From: the human T2T-CHM13v2.0 reference genome, Homo sapiens
Reading direction: 5' to 3' (one strand)
Assembly (NCBI RefSeq): GCF_009914755.1
Contig: NC_060938.1
Length of the DNA stretch: 64,000 nt
Below are positions 1 to 14,300 of the stretch, one piece after another; the stretch's first letter is position 1; each line of letters opens with the position of its first letter. The notes below the pieces were generated by a model. It made no database searches. It saw only the letters and a program-made list of their open reading frames with translations, and was not told the origin of the DNA. The position numbers and the translations under genes are program-made.

Positions 1-3000
1 CTGTCAATAGAAAGTTTCAACTCTGTTAGCTGCGTGCATATACCACAAAGAAGATTCTGAGATTGCTTCTGTCTAGTTTTTATGGGAAGATATTTCCCTT
101 TTCACCGTAGGCGACAAGGCGCTCCAAATGTCCACTTCCAGATACTACAAAAAGAGTGTTTCAAACCTACTCTGTGAAAGGGAATATTCAACTCTGTGAC
201 TTGAATGCACATATCACAAAGAAGTTTCTGAGAATGCTTCTGTCGAGATTTTATATGAAGATATTCCGGTTTCCAACGAAATCCTGAAATCTATCAAAAT
301 AACCCCACGCAGATTCTACAAAAAGAGTGTTTCAAAACTGCTCTGTAAAAAGAAAGCTTCAACTCTGTTAGTTGAGTACACACATCACAAACAAGTTTCA
401 CAGAATGCTTCTTTCTAGCTAGTAGGGGAAGATATTCCCTTTATCACCATGGGCCTCAAACCGTCCGAATCGTCCACTTCCATGTACTACAAAAAGAGCG
501 TTTCAAACCTGTTCTATGAAAGGCAATGTTCAACTCTGTGACTTGAATGCAGACATCACAGAGCAGTTTCTGAGAATGCTTCTGTCTAGATTTTATAGGA
601 AGATATTCCCGTTTCCAACGAAAACCTGAAATCTATCCAAATAACCCCTCGCAGATTCTACAAAAAGAGTGTTTCAAAACTGCTCTGTAAAAAGAAAGGT
701 TCAACTCTGTTAGTTGAGTACACACATCACAAACAAGTTTCACAGAATGCTTCTTTCTGGCTTGTAGGGGAAGATACTTCGTTTATCACCATGGGCCTCA
801 AACCGTCCGAAACGTCCACTTCCATATACTAAAAAAAGAGTGTTTGAAACCTCCTCTAAGAAAGGCAATGTTCAACACTGTGACTTGAATGCAGACATCA
901 CAGAGCTGTTTCTGAGAATGCTTCTGTCCAGAGTTTATAGGAAGATATTCCCGTTTCCAGCGAAATCTTCACAGCTATCCAAATATCCACTTGCAGATAC
1001 AAAAAAACAGTGTATCAAAAATGATCTGTCAAAAGGAAAGTTCTTCTCTGCTAGTTGAGTACATTCGTCATCAAGAAATTTCTGAGAATGTTTCTGTCTA
1101 CTGGTTATGGGAAGATATTTGCTTTTTCCCCTTAGGCCTCAAAGCGCTCCAAATGTCAATTTGCACTTACTACAAAAAGAGTGCTTCAAAACTGCTCTCT
1201 GAAAGGGAATGTTCAACTCTATGAGTTGAATGCAAACATCACAAAGACGTTTCTGAGAATGCTTCTGTCAGATTTGATATGAAGATATTCCCGTTTCCAA
1301 CGAAATCTTCACACCTATCCAAATATCCACTTGCAGATACTACAAAAAGTGTGTATCCAAAGTTCTCTGTCAAAAGGAAAGTTCTTCTCTGCTACTTGAG
1401 TACATACGTCATAAATAAGTTTCTGAGAATGTTTCTGTCTAGTGGTTATGGGAAGATATTTGCTTTTTCCCCGTAGGCCTCAAAGCGCTCCAAATGTCAA
1501 CTTGCACATACTACAAAAAGAGTGCTTCAAAGCTGCTTTCTGAAAGGGAATGTTCAACTCTATGAGTTGAATGCAAACATCGCAAAGACGTTTCTGAGAA
1601 TGATTCTGTCTAGATTTCATATGAAGATATTCCTGTTTCCAACGAAATCTTCACAGCTATCCAAATATTCACTTGCAGATACTACAAAAAGAGTGTATCA
1701 AAAATGCTCTGTCAAAAGGAAAGTTCTTCTCTGCTAGTTGAGTACATACGTCATAAAGAAGTTTCTGAGAATGTTTCTGTCTAGTGGTTATTGGAAGATA
1801 TTTGCTTTTTCCCCGTAGGCCTCAGAGCGCTCCAAATGTCCACTTGCACATGCTACAAAAAGAGTGCTTCAAAGCTGCTCTCTGAAACGGAATGTTCAAC
1901 ACTATGAGTTGAATGCAAACATCACAAAGACGTTTCTGAGAATGCTTCTGTCTAGATTTGATATGAAGATATTCCCGTTTCCAACGAAATCTTCAAATCT
2001 ATCCAAATGTCCACTTGCAGATTCAACAAAAAGTGTTTTTCAAAACTGCTATATCAAAAGAAAGATCCACGTCTGTTAGCTGAGTTCACACATCACAAAC
2101 AAGTTTATGAGAATGCTTCTGTCTAGTTTTTATTTGAAGATATTTCCTTACTCACGATAGACCTGAAAGCTGTCCTAATGTTCACTTCCAGATACTACAG
2201 AAAGAGTGTTTCAAAACTGCTGTACGAAAGGGAATGTTCAACTGTGTGTCTTGAATGCACACATCACAAGGAAGTTTCTGAGGATGCTGCTGTCTAATTT
2301 TTATACGTAATCCCGTTACCAACGAAATCCTCCAAGCTATCTAAATATCCACTTGCAGATTCCACAGAAAGACTGTTTCAAAACTGCTCTGTCAATAGAA
2401 AGGTTCAACTCTGTTAGCTGCGTGCATATATCCCAAAGCAGATTCTGAGATTCCTTCTGTCTAGTTTTTATGGGAAGATATTTCCCTTTTCACCGTAGGC
2501 GTCGAGGCGCTCCAAATTTCCACTTCCAGATACTACAAAAAGAGTGTTTGAAACCTACTCTGTGAAAGGGAATATTCAACTCTGTGACTTGAATGCACAT
2601 ATCACAAAGAAGTTTCTGAGAATGCTTCTGTCGAGATTTTATATGAAGATATTCCCGTTTCCAACGAAATCCTGAAATCTATCCAAATATCCCCTCGCAG
2701 ATTCTACAAAAAGAGTGTTTCAAAACTGCTCTGTAAAAAGAAAGGTTCAACTCTGTTAGTTGAGTACACACATCACAAACAAGTTTCACAGAATGCTTCT
2801 TTCTAGCTTGTAGGGGAAGATATTTCCTTTATCACCATGGTCCTCAAACCGTCCGAAACGTCCACTTCCATATACTAAAAAAAGAGTGTTTGAAACCTGC
2901 TCTATGAAAGGCAACGTTCAACTCTGTGACTTGAATGCAGACATCACAGAGCAGTTTCAGAGAATGCTTCTGTATAGATTTTATAGGAAGATATTCCCGT

Positions 3001-6000
3001 TTCCAACGAAATCTTCACAGCTATCCAAATATCCACTTGCAGATTCTACAAAAAGAGTGTATCAAAAGTGCTCTGTCAAAAGGAAGGTTCTTCTCTGTTA
3101 GGTGAGTGCATACGTCATGAAGGAGTTTCTGAGAATGTTTCTGTCTAGTGGTTATGGGAAGATATTTGCTTTTTCACCATAGGCCTCAGAGCGCTCCAAA
3201 TATCCACTTGCACATACTACAAAAAGAGTGCTTCAAAGCTGCTCTCTGAAAGGGAATGTTCAACTCTATGAGTTGAATGCTAACATCACAAAGACGTTTC
3301 TGAGAATGCTTCTGTCTAGATTTGATATGAAGATATTCCCGTTTCCAAAGAAATCTTCAAATCTATCCAAATGTACACTTGCAGATTCAACAAAAAGTGT
3401 TTTTCAGAACTGCTCTATCAAAAGAAAGATCCACCTCTGTTAGCTGAATTCACACATCACAAACAAGTTTATGAGAATGCTTCTGTCTAGTTTTTATTTG
3501 AAGATATTTCCTTTCTCAACATAGACCTGAAGGCTGTCCTAATGTTCACTTCCAGATACTACAGAAAGAGTGTTTCAAAACTGCTGTACGAAAGGGAATG
3601 TTCAACTCTGTGACTTGAATGCACACATCACAAAGAAGTTTCTGAGGATGCTGCTGTCTACTTTTTATACGTAATCCCGTTTCCAACGAAATCCTCCAAT
3701 CTAACCAAATATCCACTTGCAGATTCCACAGAAAGACTGTTTCAAAACTGCTCTGTCAATAGAAAGGTTCAACTCTGTTAGCTGCGTGCATATATCCCAA
3801 AGAAGATTCTGAGATTGCTTCTGTCTAGTTTTTATGGGAAGATGTTTCCCTTTTCACCGTAGGTGTCAAGGCGCTCCAAATGTATACTTCCAGATACTAC
3901 AAAAGAGTGTTTCAAACCTACACTGTGAAAGGGAATATTCAACTCTGTGACTTGAATGCAGATATCACAAAGAAGTTTCTGAGAATGCTTCTGTCGAGAT
4001 TTTATATGAAGATATTCCCGTTTCCAACGAAATCCTGAAATCTATCCAAATATCCCCTCGCAGATTCTACAAAAAGAGTGTTTCAAAACTGCTCTGTAAA
4101 AAGAAAGGTTCAACTCTGTTAGTTGAGTACACACATCACAAACAAGTTTCACAGAATGCTTCTTTCTAGCTTGTAGGGGAAGATATTTCCTTTATCACCA
4201 TGGTCCTCAAACCGTCCGAATCGTCCACTTCCATATACTAAAAAAAGAGTGTTTGAAACCTGCTCTATGAAAGGCAATGTTCAACTCTGTGACTTGAATG
4301 CAGACATCACAGAGCAGTTTCTGAGAATGCTTCTGTCCAGACTTTATAGGAAGATATTCCCGTTTCCAACGAAATCTTCACAGCTATCCAAATATCCACT
4401 TGCAGATACTATAAAAAGTGTGTATCCAAAGTGCTCTGTCAAAAGGAAAGTTCTTCTCTGCTACTTGAGTACATACGTCATAAAGAAGTTTCTGAGAATG
4501 TTTCTGTCTAGTGGTTATGGGAAGATATTTGCTTTTTCCCCGTAGGCCTCAAAGCGCTCCAAATGTCAACTTGCACATACTACAAAAAGAGTGCTTCAAA
4601 GCTGCTCTCTGAAAGGGAATGTTCAACTCTATGAGTTGAATGCAAACATCGCAAAGACGTTTCTGAGAATGCTTCTGTCTAGATTTCATATAAAGATATT
4701 CCTGTTTCCAACGAAATCTTCAAATCTATTCAAATGTCCACTTGCAGATTCAACAAAAAGTGTTTTTCAAAACTGCTGTTTCGAAAGAAAGATCCACCTG
4801 TTAGCTGAGTTCACACTTCACAAACAAGTTTATCAGAATGCTTCTGTCTAGTTTTTATTTGAAGATATATCCTTTCTCACCATAGACCTGAAAGCTCTCC
4901 TAATGCTCACTTCCAGATACTACAGAAAGAGTGTTTCAAAACTGCTGTACGAAAGGGAATGTTCAACTCTGTGACTTGAATGCACACATCACAAAGAAGT
5001 TTCTGAGGATGCTGCTGTCTACTTTTTATACGTAATCCCGTTTCCAACGAAATCCTCTAAGCTATCCAAATATCCACTTGCAGATTCCACAGAAAGACTG
5101 TTTCAAAACTGCTCTGTCAATAGAAAGGTTCAACTCTGTTAGCTGCGTGCATATATCCCAAAGAAGATTCTGAGATTGCTTCTGTCTAGTTTTTATGGGA
5201 AGATATTTTCCTTTTCACCATAGGCGTCACGGCGCTCCAAATGTCCACTTCCAGATACTACAAAAAGAGTGTTTCAAACCTACTATGTGAAAGGGAATAT
5301 TCAACTCTGTGACTTGAATGCAGATATCACAAAGAAGTTTCTGAGAATGCTTTTGTCGAGATTTTATATGAAGATATTCCCGTTTCCAAAGAAATCCTGA
5401 AATCTATCCAAATATCCCCTCGCAGATTCTACAAAAAGAGTGTTTCAAAACTGCTCTGCAAAAAGAAAGGTTCAACTCTGTTAGTTGAGTACACACATCA
5501 CAAACAAGTTTCACAGAATGCTTCTTTCTAGCTTGTAGGGGAAGATATTTCCTCTATCACCATGGTCCTCAAACCGTCCGAAACGTCCACTTCCATATAC
5601 TAAAAAAAGATTGCTTGAAACCTGCTCTATGAAAGGCAATGTTCAACTCTGTGACATGAATGCAAACATCACAGAGCAGTTTCTGAGAATGCTTCTGTCC
5701 GGACTTTATAGGAAGATATTCCCGATTCCAACGAAATCTTCACAGCTATTCAAATATCCACTTGCAGATACTACAAAAAGAGTGTATCAAAAATGCTCTG
5801 TCAAAAGGAAAGTTCTTCTCTGCTAATTGAGTACATACGTCATAAAGAAGTTTCTGAGAATGTTTCTGTCTAGTGGTTATGGGAGATATTTGCTTTTTCC
5901 CCGTAGGCCTCAGAGCGCTCCAAATATCCACTTGCACATACAACAAAAAGAGTGCTTCAAAGCTGCTCTCTGAAAGGGAATGTTCAACTCTATGAGTTGA

Positions 6001-8350
6001 ATGCAAACATCACAAAGACGTTTCTGAGAATGCTTCTGTCTAGATTTGATATGAAGATATTCCCGTTTCCAACGAAATCTTCAAATCTATCCAAATGTCC
6101 ACTTGCAGATTCATCAAAAAGTGTTTTTCAGAACTGCTCTATCAAAAGAAAGATCCACCTCTGTTAGCTGAGTTCACACATCACAAACAAGTTTATGAGA
6201 ATGCTTCTGTCTAGTTTTTATTTGAAGATATTTCCTTTCTCACCATAGACCTGAAAGCTGTCCTAATGTTCACTTCCAGATACTACAGAAAGAGTGTTTC
6301 AAAACTGCTGTACGAAAGGGAATGTTCAACTCTGTGACTTGAATGCACACATCACAAAGAAGTTTCTGAGGATGCTGCTGTCTACTTTTTATACGTAATC
6401 CCGTTTCCAATGAAATCCTCCAAGCTATCTAAATATCCACTTGCAGATTCCACAGAAAGACTGTTTCAAAACTGCTCTGTCAATAGAAAGGCTCAACTCT
6501 GTTAGCTGCGTGCATATATCCCAAAGAAGATTCTGAGATTGCTTCTGTCTAGTTTTTATGGGAAGATATTTCCCTTTTCACCGTAGGCGTCAAAGCGCTC
6601 CAAATGTCCACTTCCAGATACTACAAAAAGAGTGTTTCAAACCTACTCTGTGAAAGGGAATATTCAACTCTGTGATTTGAATGCAGATATCACAAAGAAG
6701 TTTCTGAGAATGCTTCTGTCGAGATTTTATATGAAGATATTCCCGTTCCCAACGAAATCCTGAAATCTATCCAAATATCCCCTCGCAGATTCTACAAAAA
6801 GAGTGTTTCAAAACTGCTCTGTAAAAAGAAAGGTTCAACTCTGTTAGTTGAGTACACACATCACAAACAAGTTTCACAGAATGCTTCTTTCTTGCTTCTA
6901 GGGGAAGATATTTCCTTTATCACCATGGGCCTCAAACCGTCCGAAACGTCCACTTCCATATAGTAAAAAAAGAGTGTTTTAAACCTGCTCTATGAAAGGC
7001 AATGTTCAACTCTGTGACCTGAATGCAGACATCACAGAGCAGTTTCTGAGAATGCTTCTGTCCAGACTTTATAGGAAGATATTCCCGATTCCAACGAAAT
7101 CTTCACAGCTATCCAAATATCCACATGCAGATACTACAAAAAGAGTGTATCCAAAAAGCTGTGTCAAAAGGAAAGTTCTTCTCTGCTAGTTGAGTACATA
7201 CGTCATAAAGAAGTTTCTGAGAATGTTTCTGTCTAGTGGTTATGGGAAGATATTTGCTTTTTCCCCGTAGGCCTCAGAGCGCTCCAAATATCCACTTGCA
7301 CATACAACAAAAAGAGTGCTTCAAAGCTGCTCTCTGAAAGGGAATGTTCAACTCTATGAGTTGAATGCAAACATCACAAAGACGTTTCTGAGAATGCTTC
7401 TGTCTAGATTTGATATGAAGATATTCCCGTTTCCAACGAAATCTTCAAATCTATACAAATGTCCACTTGCAGATTCAACAAAGTGTTTTTCAAAACTGCT
7501 GTATCAAAAGAAAGATCCACCTGTGTTAGCTGAGTTCACACTTCACAAACAAGTTTATCAGTATTCTTCTGTCTAATTTTTATTTGAAGATATATCCTTT
7601 CTCACTATAGACCTGAAAGCTCTCCTAATGTTCACTTCCAGATACTACAGAAAGAGTGTTTCAAAACTACTGTACGAAAGGGAAAGTTCAACTCTGTGAC
7701 TGGAATGCACACATCACAAGGAAGTTTCTGAGGATGCTGCTGTCTAATTTTTATACGTAATCCCGTTTCCAACGAAATCCTCCAAGCTATCCAAATATCC
7801 ACTTGCAGATTCCACAGAAAGACTGTTTCAAAACTGCTCTGTCAATAGAAAGGTTCAAATCTGTTAGCTGCGTGCATATATCCCAAAGAAGATTGTGAGA
7901 TTGCTTCTGTCTAGTTTTTATGGGAAGATATTTCCCTTTTCACCGTAGGTGTCAAGGCGCTCCAAATGTCCACTTCCAGATACTACAAAAAGAGTGTTTC
8001 AAACCTACTCTGTGAAAGGCAATATTCAACTCTGTGACTTGAATGCAGATATCACAAAGAAGTTTCTGAGAATGATTCTGTCGAGATTTTATATGAAGAT
8101 ATTCCCGTTTCCAACGAAATCCTGAAATCTATCCAAATATCCCCTCGCAGATTCTACAAAAAGAGTGTTTCAAAACTGCTCTGTAAAAAGAAAGGTTCAA
8201 CTCTGTTAGTTGAGTACACACATCACAAACAAGTTTCACAGAATGCTTCTTTCTAGCTTACAGGGGAAGATATTCCCTTTATCACCATGGGCCTCAAACC
8301 GTCCGAAACGTCCACTTCCATATACTACAAAAAGAGCGTTTCAAACCTGC
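1..8350 (-). repeat. Divergent peripheral HOR layer (indels, private SNVs, edge-specific b-monomer haplotype)
   Basis: Unit spacings are 1364, 1363, 1361, 1364, 1362 (ORF starts 1864, 3228, 4591, 5952, 7316, 8678). There are many singleton substitutions, and most b monomers have gcagatac, aggaaagttc and gttgagtacatacg alleles absent from the core. Confidence 0.85.
237..2624 (-). repeat. 14-monomer structural-variant HOR: h-a-[b/h]-a-b-c-[d/b]-c-[d/b]-c-d-e-f-g
   Basis: The h-monomer marker tcgagatttt lies at 243 and next at 2631 (2388 bp = 14 monomers). Hybrid monomers are at 579-749, 1262-1431 and 1603-1773. Confidence 0.9.
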
Positions 8351-11300
8351 TCTATGAAAGGCAATGTTCAACTCTGTGACTTGAATGCAGACATCTCAGA
8401 GCAGTTTCTGAGAATGCTTCTGTCTAGATTTTATAGGAAGATATTCCCGTTTCCAACGAAATCTTCACAGCTATCCAAATATCCACTTGCAGATTCTACA
8501 AAAAGAGTGTATCAAAACTGCACTGTCAAAAGGAAGGTTCTTCTCTGTTAGGTGAGTGCATACGTCATAAAGGAGTTTCTGAGAATGTTTCTGTCTAGTG
8601 GTTATGGGAAGATATTTGCTTTTTCACCATAGGCCTCAGAGCGCTCCAAATATCCACTTGCACATACTACAAAAAGAGTGCTTCAAAGCTGCTCTCTGAA
8701 AGGGAATGTTCAACTCTATGAGTTGAATGCAAACATCACAAAGACTTTTCTGAGAATGCTTCTGTCTAGATTTGATATGAAGATATTCCCGTTTCCAACG
8801 AAATCTTCAAATCTATCCAAATGTCCACTTGCAGATTCAACAAAAAGTGTTTTTCAAAACTGCTGTATCAAAAGAAAGATCCACCTCTGTTTGCTGAGTT
8901 CACACATCACAAACAACTTTATGAGAATGCTTCTGTCTAGTTTTTATTTGAAGATATTTCCTTTCTCACCATAGACCTGAAAGCTGTCCTAATGTTCACT
9001 TCCAGATACTACAGAAAGAGTGTTTCAAAACTGCTGTACGAAAGGGAATGTTCAACTCTGTGACTTGAATGCACACATCACAAAGAAGTTTCTGAGGATG
9101 CTGCTGTCTACTTTTTATACGTAATCCCGTTTCCAACGAAATCCTCCAAGCTGTCCAAATATCCACTTGCAGATTCTACAGAAAGACTGTTTCAAAACTG
9201 CTCTGTCAATAGAAAGGTTCAACTCTGTTAGCTGTGTGCATATATCCCAAAGAAGATTCTGAGATTGCTTCTGTCTCGTTTTTATTGGAAGATATTTCCC
9301 TTTTCACCGTAGGCGTCAAGGCGCTCCAAATGTCCACTTCCAGATACTACAAAAAGAGTGTTTCAAACCTACTCTGTGAAAGGGAATATTCAACTCTGTG
9401 ACTTGAATGCACATATCACAAAGAAGTTTCTGAGAATGCTTCTGTCGAGATTTTATATGAAGATATTCCCGTTCCCAACGAAATCCTGAAATCTATCCAA
9501 ATATCCCCTCGCAGATTCTACAAAAAGAGTGTTTCAAAACTGCTCTGTAAAAAGGAAGGTTCAACTCTGTTAGTTGAGTACACACATCACAAACAAGTTT
9601 CACAGAATGCTTCTTTCTAGCTTGTAGGGGAAGATATTCCCTTTATCACCATGGGCCTCCAACCGTCCGAAACATCCACTTCCATATACTACAAAAAGAG
9701 CGTTTCAAACCTGCTCTATGAAAGGCAATGTTCAACTCTGTGACTTGAATGCAGACATCTCAGAGCAGTTTCTGAGAATACTTCTGTCTAGATTTTATAG
9801 GAAGATATTCCCGTTTCCAACGAAATCTTCACAGCTATCCAAATATCCACTTGCAGATTCTACAAAAAGAGTGTATCAAAACTGCTCTGTCAAAAGGAAG
9901 GTTCTTCTCTGTTAGGTGAGTGCATACGTCATAAAGGAGTTTCTGAGAATGTTTCTGTCTAGTGGTTATGGGAAGATATTTGCTTTTTCACCGTAGGCCT
10001 CAGAGCGCTCCAAATATCCACTTGCACATACTACAAAAAGAGTGCTTCAAAGCTGGTCTCTGAAACGGAATGTTCAACTCTATGAGTTGAATGCAAACAT
10101 CACAAAGACGTTTCTGAGAATGCTTCTGTCTAGATTTGATATGAAGATATTCCCGTTTCCAACGAAATCTTCAAATCTATCCAAATGTCCACTTGCAGAT
10201 TCAACAAAAAGTGTTTTTCAGAACTGCTCTATCAAAAGAAAGATCCACCTCTGTTAGCTGAGTTCACACATCACAAACAAGTTTATGAGAATGCTTCTGT
10301 CTAGTTTTTATTTGAAGATATTTCCTTTCTCACCATAGAGCTGAAAGCTGTCCTAATGTTCACTTCCAGATACTACAGAAAGAGTGTTTCAAAACTGCTG
10401 TACGAAAGGGAATGTTCAACTCTGTGACTTGAATGCACACATCACAAAGAAGTTTCTGAGGATGCTGCTGTCTACTTTTTATACGTAATCCCGTTTCCAA
10501 CGAAATCCTCCAAGCTATCCAAATATCCACTTGCAGATTCCACAGAAAGGCTGTTTCAAAACTGCTCTGTCAATAGAAAGGTTCAACTCTGTTAGCTGCG
10601 TGCATATATCCCAAAGAAGATTCTGAGATTGCTTCTGTCTAGTTTTTATGGGAAGATATTTCCCTTTTCACCGTAGGTGTCAAGGCGCTCCAAATGTCCA
10701 CTTCCAGATACTACAAAAAGAGTGTTTCAAACCTACTCTGTGAAAGGGAATATTCAACTCTGTGACTTGAATGCACATATCACAAAGAAGTTTCTGAGAA
10801 TGCTTCTGTCGAGATTTTATATGAAGATATTCCCGTTTCCAACGAAATCCTGAAATGTATCCAAATATCCCCTCGCAGATTCTACAAAAAGAGTGTTTCA
10901 AAACTGCTCTGTAAAAAGAAAGGTTCAACTCTGTTAGTTGAGTACACACATCACAAATAAGTTTCACACAATGCTTCTTTCTAGCTTGTAGGGGAAGATA
11001 TTCCCTTTATCACCATGGGCCTCAAACCGTCTGAAACGTCCACTTCCATATACTACAAAAAGAGCATTTCAAACCTGCTCTATGAAAGGCAATGTTCAAC
11101 TCTGTGACTTGAATGCAGACATCACAGAGCAGTTTCTGAGAATGCTTCTGTCTAGATTTTATAGGAAGATATTCCCGTTTCCAACGAAATCTTCACAGCT
11201 ATCCAAATATCCACTTGCAGATTCTACAAAAAGAGTGTATCAAAACTGCTCTGTCAAAAGGAAGGTTCTTCTCTGTTAGGTGAGTGCATACGTCATAAAG

Positions 11301-14300
11301 GAGTTTCTGAGAATGTTTCTGTCTAGTGGTTATGGGAAGATATTTGCTTTTTCCCCGTAGGCCTCAGGGCGCTCCAAATGTCCACTTGCACATGCTACAA
11401 AAAGAGTGCTTCAAAGCTGCTCTCTGAAAGGGAATGTTCAACTCTATGAGTTGAATGCAAACATCACAAAGACGTTTCTGAGAATGCTTCTGTCTAGATT
11501 TGATATGAAGATATTCCCGTTTCCAACGAAATCTTCAAATCTATCCAAATGTCCACTTGCAGATTCAACAAAAAGTGTTTTTCAGAACTGCTCTATCAAA
11601 AGAAAGATCCACCTCTGTTAGCTGAGTTCAGACATCACAAACAAGTTTATGAGAATGCTTCTGTCTAGTTTTTATTTGAAGATATTTCCTTTCTCACCAT
11701 AGAGCTGAAAGCTGTCCTAATGTTCACTTCCAGTTACTACAGAAAGAGTGTTTCAAAACTGCTGTACGAAAGGGAATGTTCAACTCTGTGACTTGAATGC
11801 ACACATCACAAAGAAGTTTCTGAGGATGCTGCTGTCTACTTTTTATACTTAATCCCGTTTCCAACGAAATCCTCCAAGCTATCCAAATATCCACTTGCAG
11901 ATTCCACAGAAAGACTGTTTCAAAACTGCTCTGTCAATAGAAAGGTTCAACTCTGTTAGCTGCGTGCATATATCCCAAAGAAGATTCTGAGATTGCTTCT
12001 GTCTAGTTTTTATGGGAAGATATTTCCCTTTTCACCGTAGGCGTCAAGGCGCTCAAAATGTCCACTTCCAGATACTACAAAAAGAGTGTTTCAAACCTAC
12101 TCTGTGAAAGGGAATATTCAACTCTGTGACTTGAATGCACATATCACAAGGAAGTTTCTGAGAATGCTTCTGTCGAGATTTTATATGAAGATATTCTCGT
12201 TTACAACGAAATCCTGAAATCTATCCAAATATCCCCTCGCAGATTCTACAAAAAGAGTGTTTCAAAACTGCTCTGTAAAAAGAAAGGTTCAACTCTGTTA
12301 GTTGAGTACACACATCACAAACAAGTTTCACAGAATGCTTCTTTCTAGCTTGTAGGGGAAGATATGCCCTTTATCACCATGGGCCTCCAACCGTCCGAAA
12401 CATCCACTTTCATATACTACAAAAAGAGCGTTTCAAACCTGCTCTATGAAAGGCAATGTTCAACTCTGTGACTTGAATGCAGACATCACAGAGCAGTTTC
12501 TGAGAATGCTTCTGTCTAGATTTTATAGGAAGATATTCCCGTTTCCAACGAAATCTTCACAGCTATCAAAATATCCACTTGCAGATTCTACAAAAAGAGT
12601 GTAACAAAACTGCTCTGTCAAAAGGAAGGTTCTTCTCTGTTAGGTGAGTGCATACGTCATAAAGGAGTTTCTGAGAATGTTTCTGTCTAGTGGTTATGGG
12701 AAGATATTTGCTTTTTCACCGTAGGCCTCAGAGCGCTCCAAATATCCACTTGCACATACTACAAAAAGAGTGCTTCAAAGCTGGTCTCTGAAAGGGAATG
12801 TTCAACTCTATGAGTTGAATGCAAACATCACAAAGACGTTTCTGAGAATGCTTCTGTCTAGATTTGATATGAAGATATTCCCGTTTCCAACGAAATCTTC
12901 AAATCTATCCAAATGTCCACTTGCAGATTCAACAAAAAGTGTTTTTCAGAACTGCTCTATCAAAAGAAAGATCCACCTCTGTTAGCTGAGTTCACACATC
13001 ACAAACAAGTTTATGAGAATGCTTCTGTCTAGTTTTTATTTGAAGATATTTCCTTTCTCACCATAGAGCTGAAAGCTGTCCTAATGTTCACTTCCAGATA
13101 CTACAGAAAGAGTGTTTCAAAACTGCTGTACGAAAGGGAATGTTCAACTCTGTGACTTGAATGCACACATCACAAAGAAGTTTCTGAGGATGCTGCTGTC
13201 TACTTTTTATACGTAATCCCGTTTCCAACGAAATCCTCCAAGCTATCCAAATATCCACTTGCAGATTCCACAGAAAGACTGTTTCAAAACTGCTCTGTCA
13301 ATAGAAAGGTTCAACTCTGTTAGCTGCGTGCATATATCCCAAAGAAGATTCTGAGATTGCTTCCGTCTAGTTTTTATGGGAAGATATTTCCCTTTTCACC
13401 GTAGGTGTCAAGGCGCTCCAAATGTCCACTTCCAGATACTACAAAAAGAGTGTTTCAAACCTACTCTGTGAAAGGGAATATTCAACTCTGTGACTTGAAT
13501 GCACATATCACAAAGAAGTTTCTGAGAATGCTTCTGTCGAGATTTTATATGAAGATATTCCCGTTTCCAACGAAATCCTGAAATGTATCCAAATATCCCC
13601 TCGCAGATTCTACAAAAAGAGTGTTTCAAAACTGCTCTGTAAAAAGAAAGGTTCAACTCTGTTAGTTGAGTACACACATCACAAATAAGTTTCACACAAT
13701 GCTTCTTTCTAGCTTGTAGGGGAAGATATTCCCTTTATCACCATGGGCCTCAAACCGTCTGAAACGTCCACTTCCATATACTACAAAAAGAGCATTTCAA
13801 ACCTGCTCTATGAAAGGCAATGTTCAACTCTGTGACTTGAATGCACACATCACAGAGCAGTTTCTGAGAATGCTTCTGTCTAGATTTTATAGGAAGATAT
13901 TCCCGTTTCCAATGAAATCTTCACAGCTATCCAAATATCCACTTGCAGATTCTACAAAAAGAGTGTATCAAAACTGCTCTGTCAAAAGGAAGGTTCTTCT
14001 CTGTTAGGTGAGTGCATACGTCATAAAGGAGTTTCTGAGAATGTTTCTGTCTAGTGGTTATGGGAAGATATTTGCTTTTTCCCCGTAGGCCTCAGGGCGC
14101 TCCAAATGTCCACTTGCACATGCTACAAAAAGAGTGCTTCAAAGCTGCTCTCTGAAAGGGAATGTTCAACTCTATGAGTTGAATGCAAACATCGCAAAGA
14201 CGTTTCTGAGAATGCTTCTGTCTAGATTTGATATGAAGATATTCCCGTTTCCAACGAAATCTTCAAATCTATCCAAATGTCCACTTGCAGATTCAACAAA

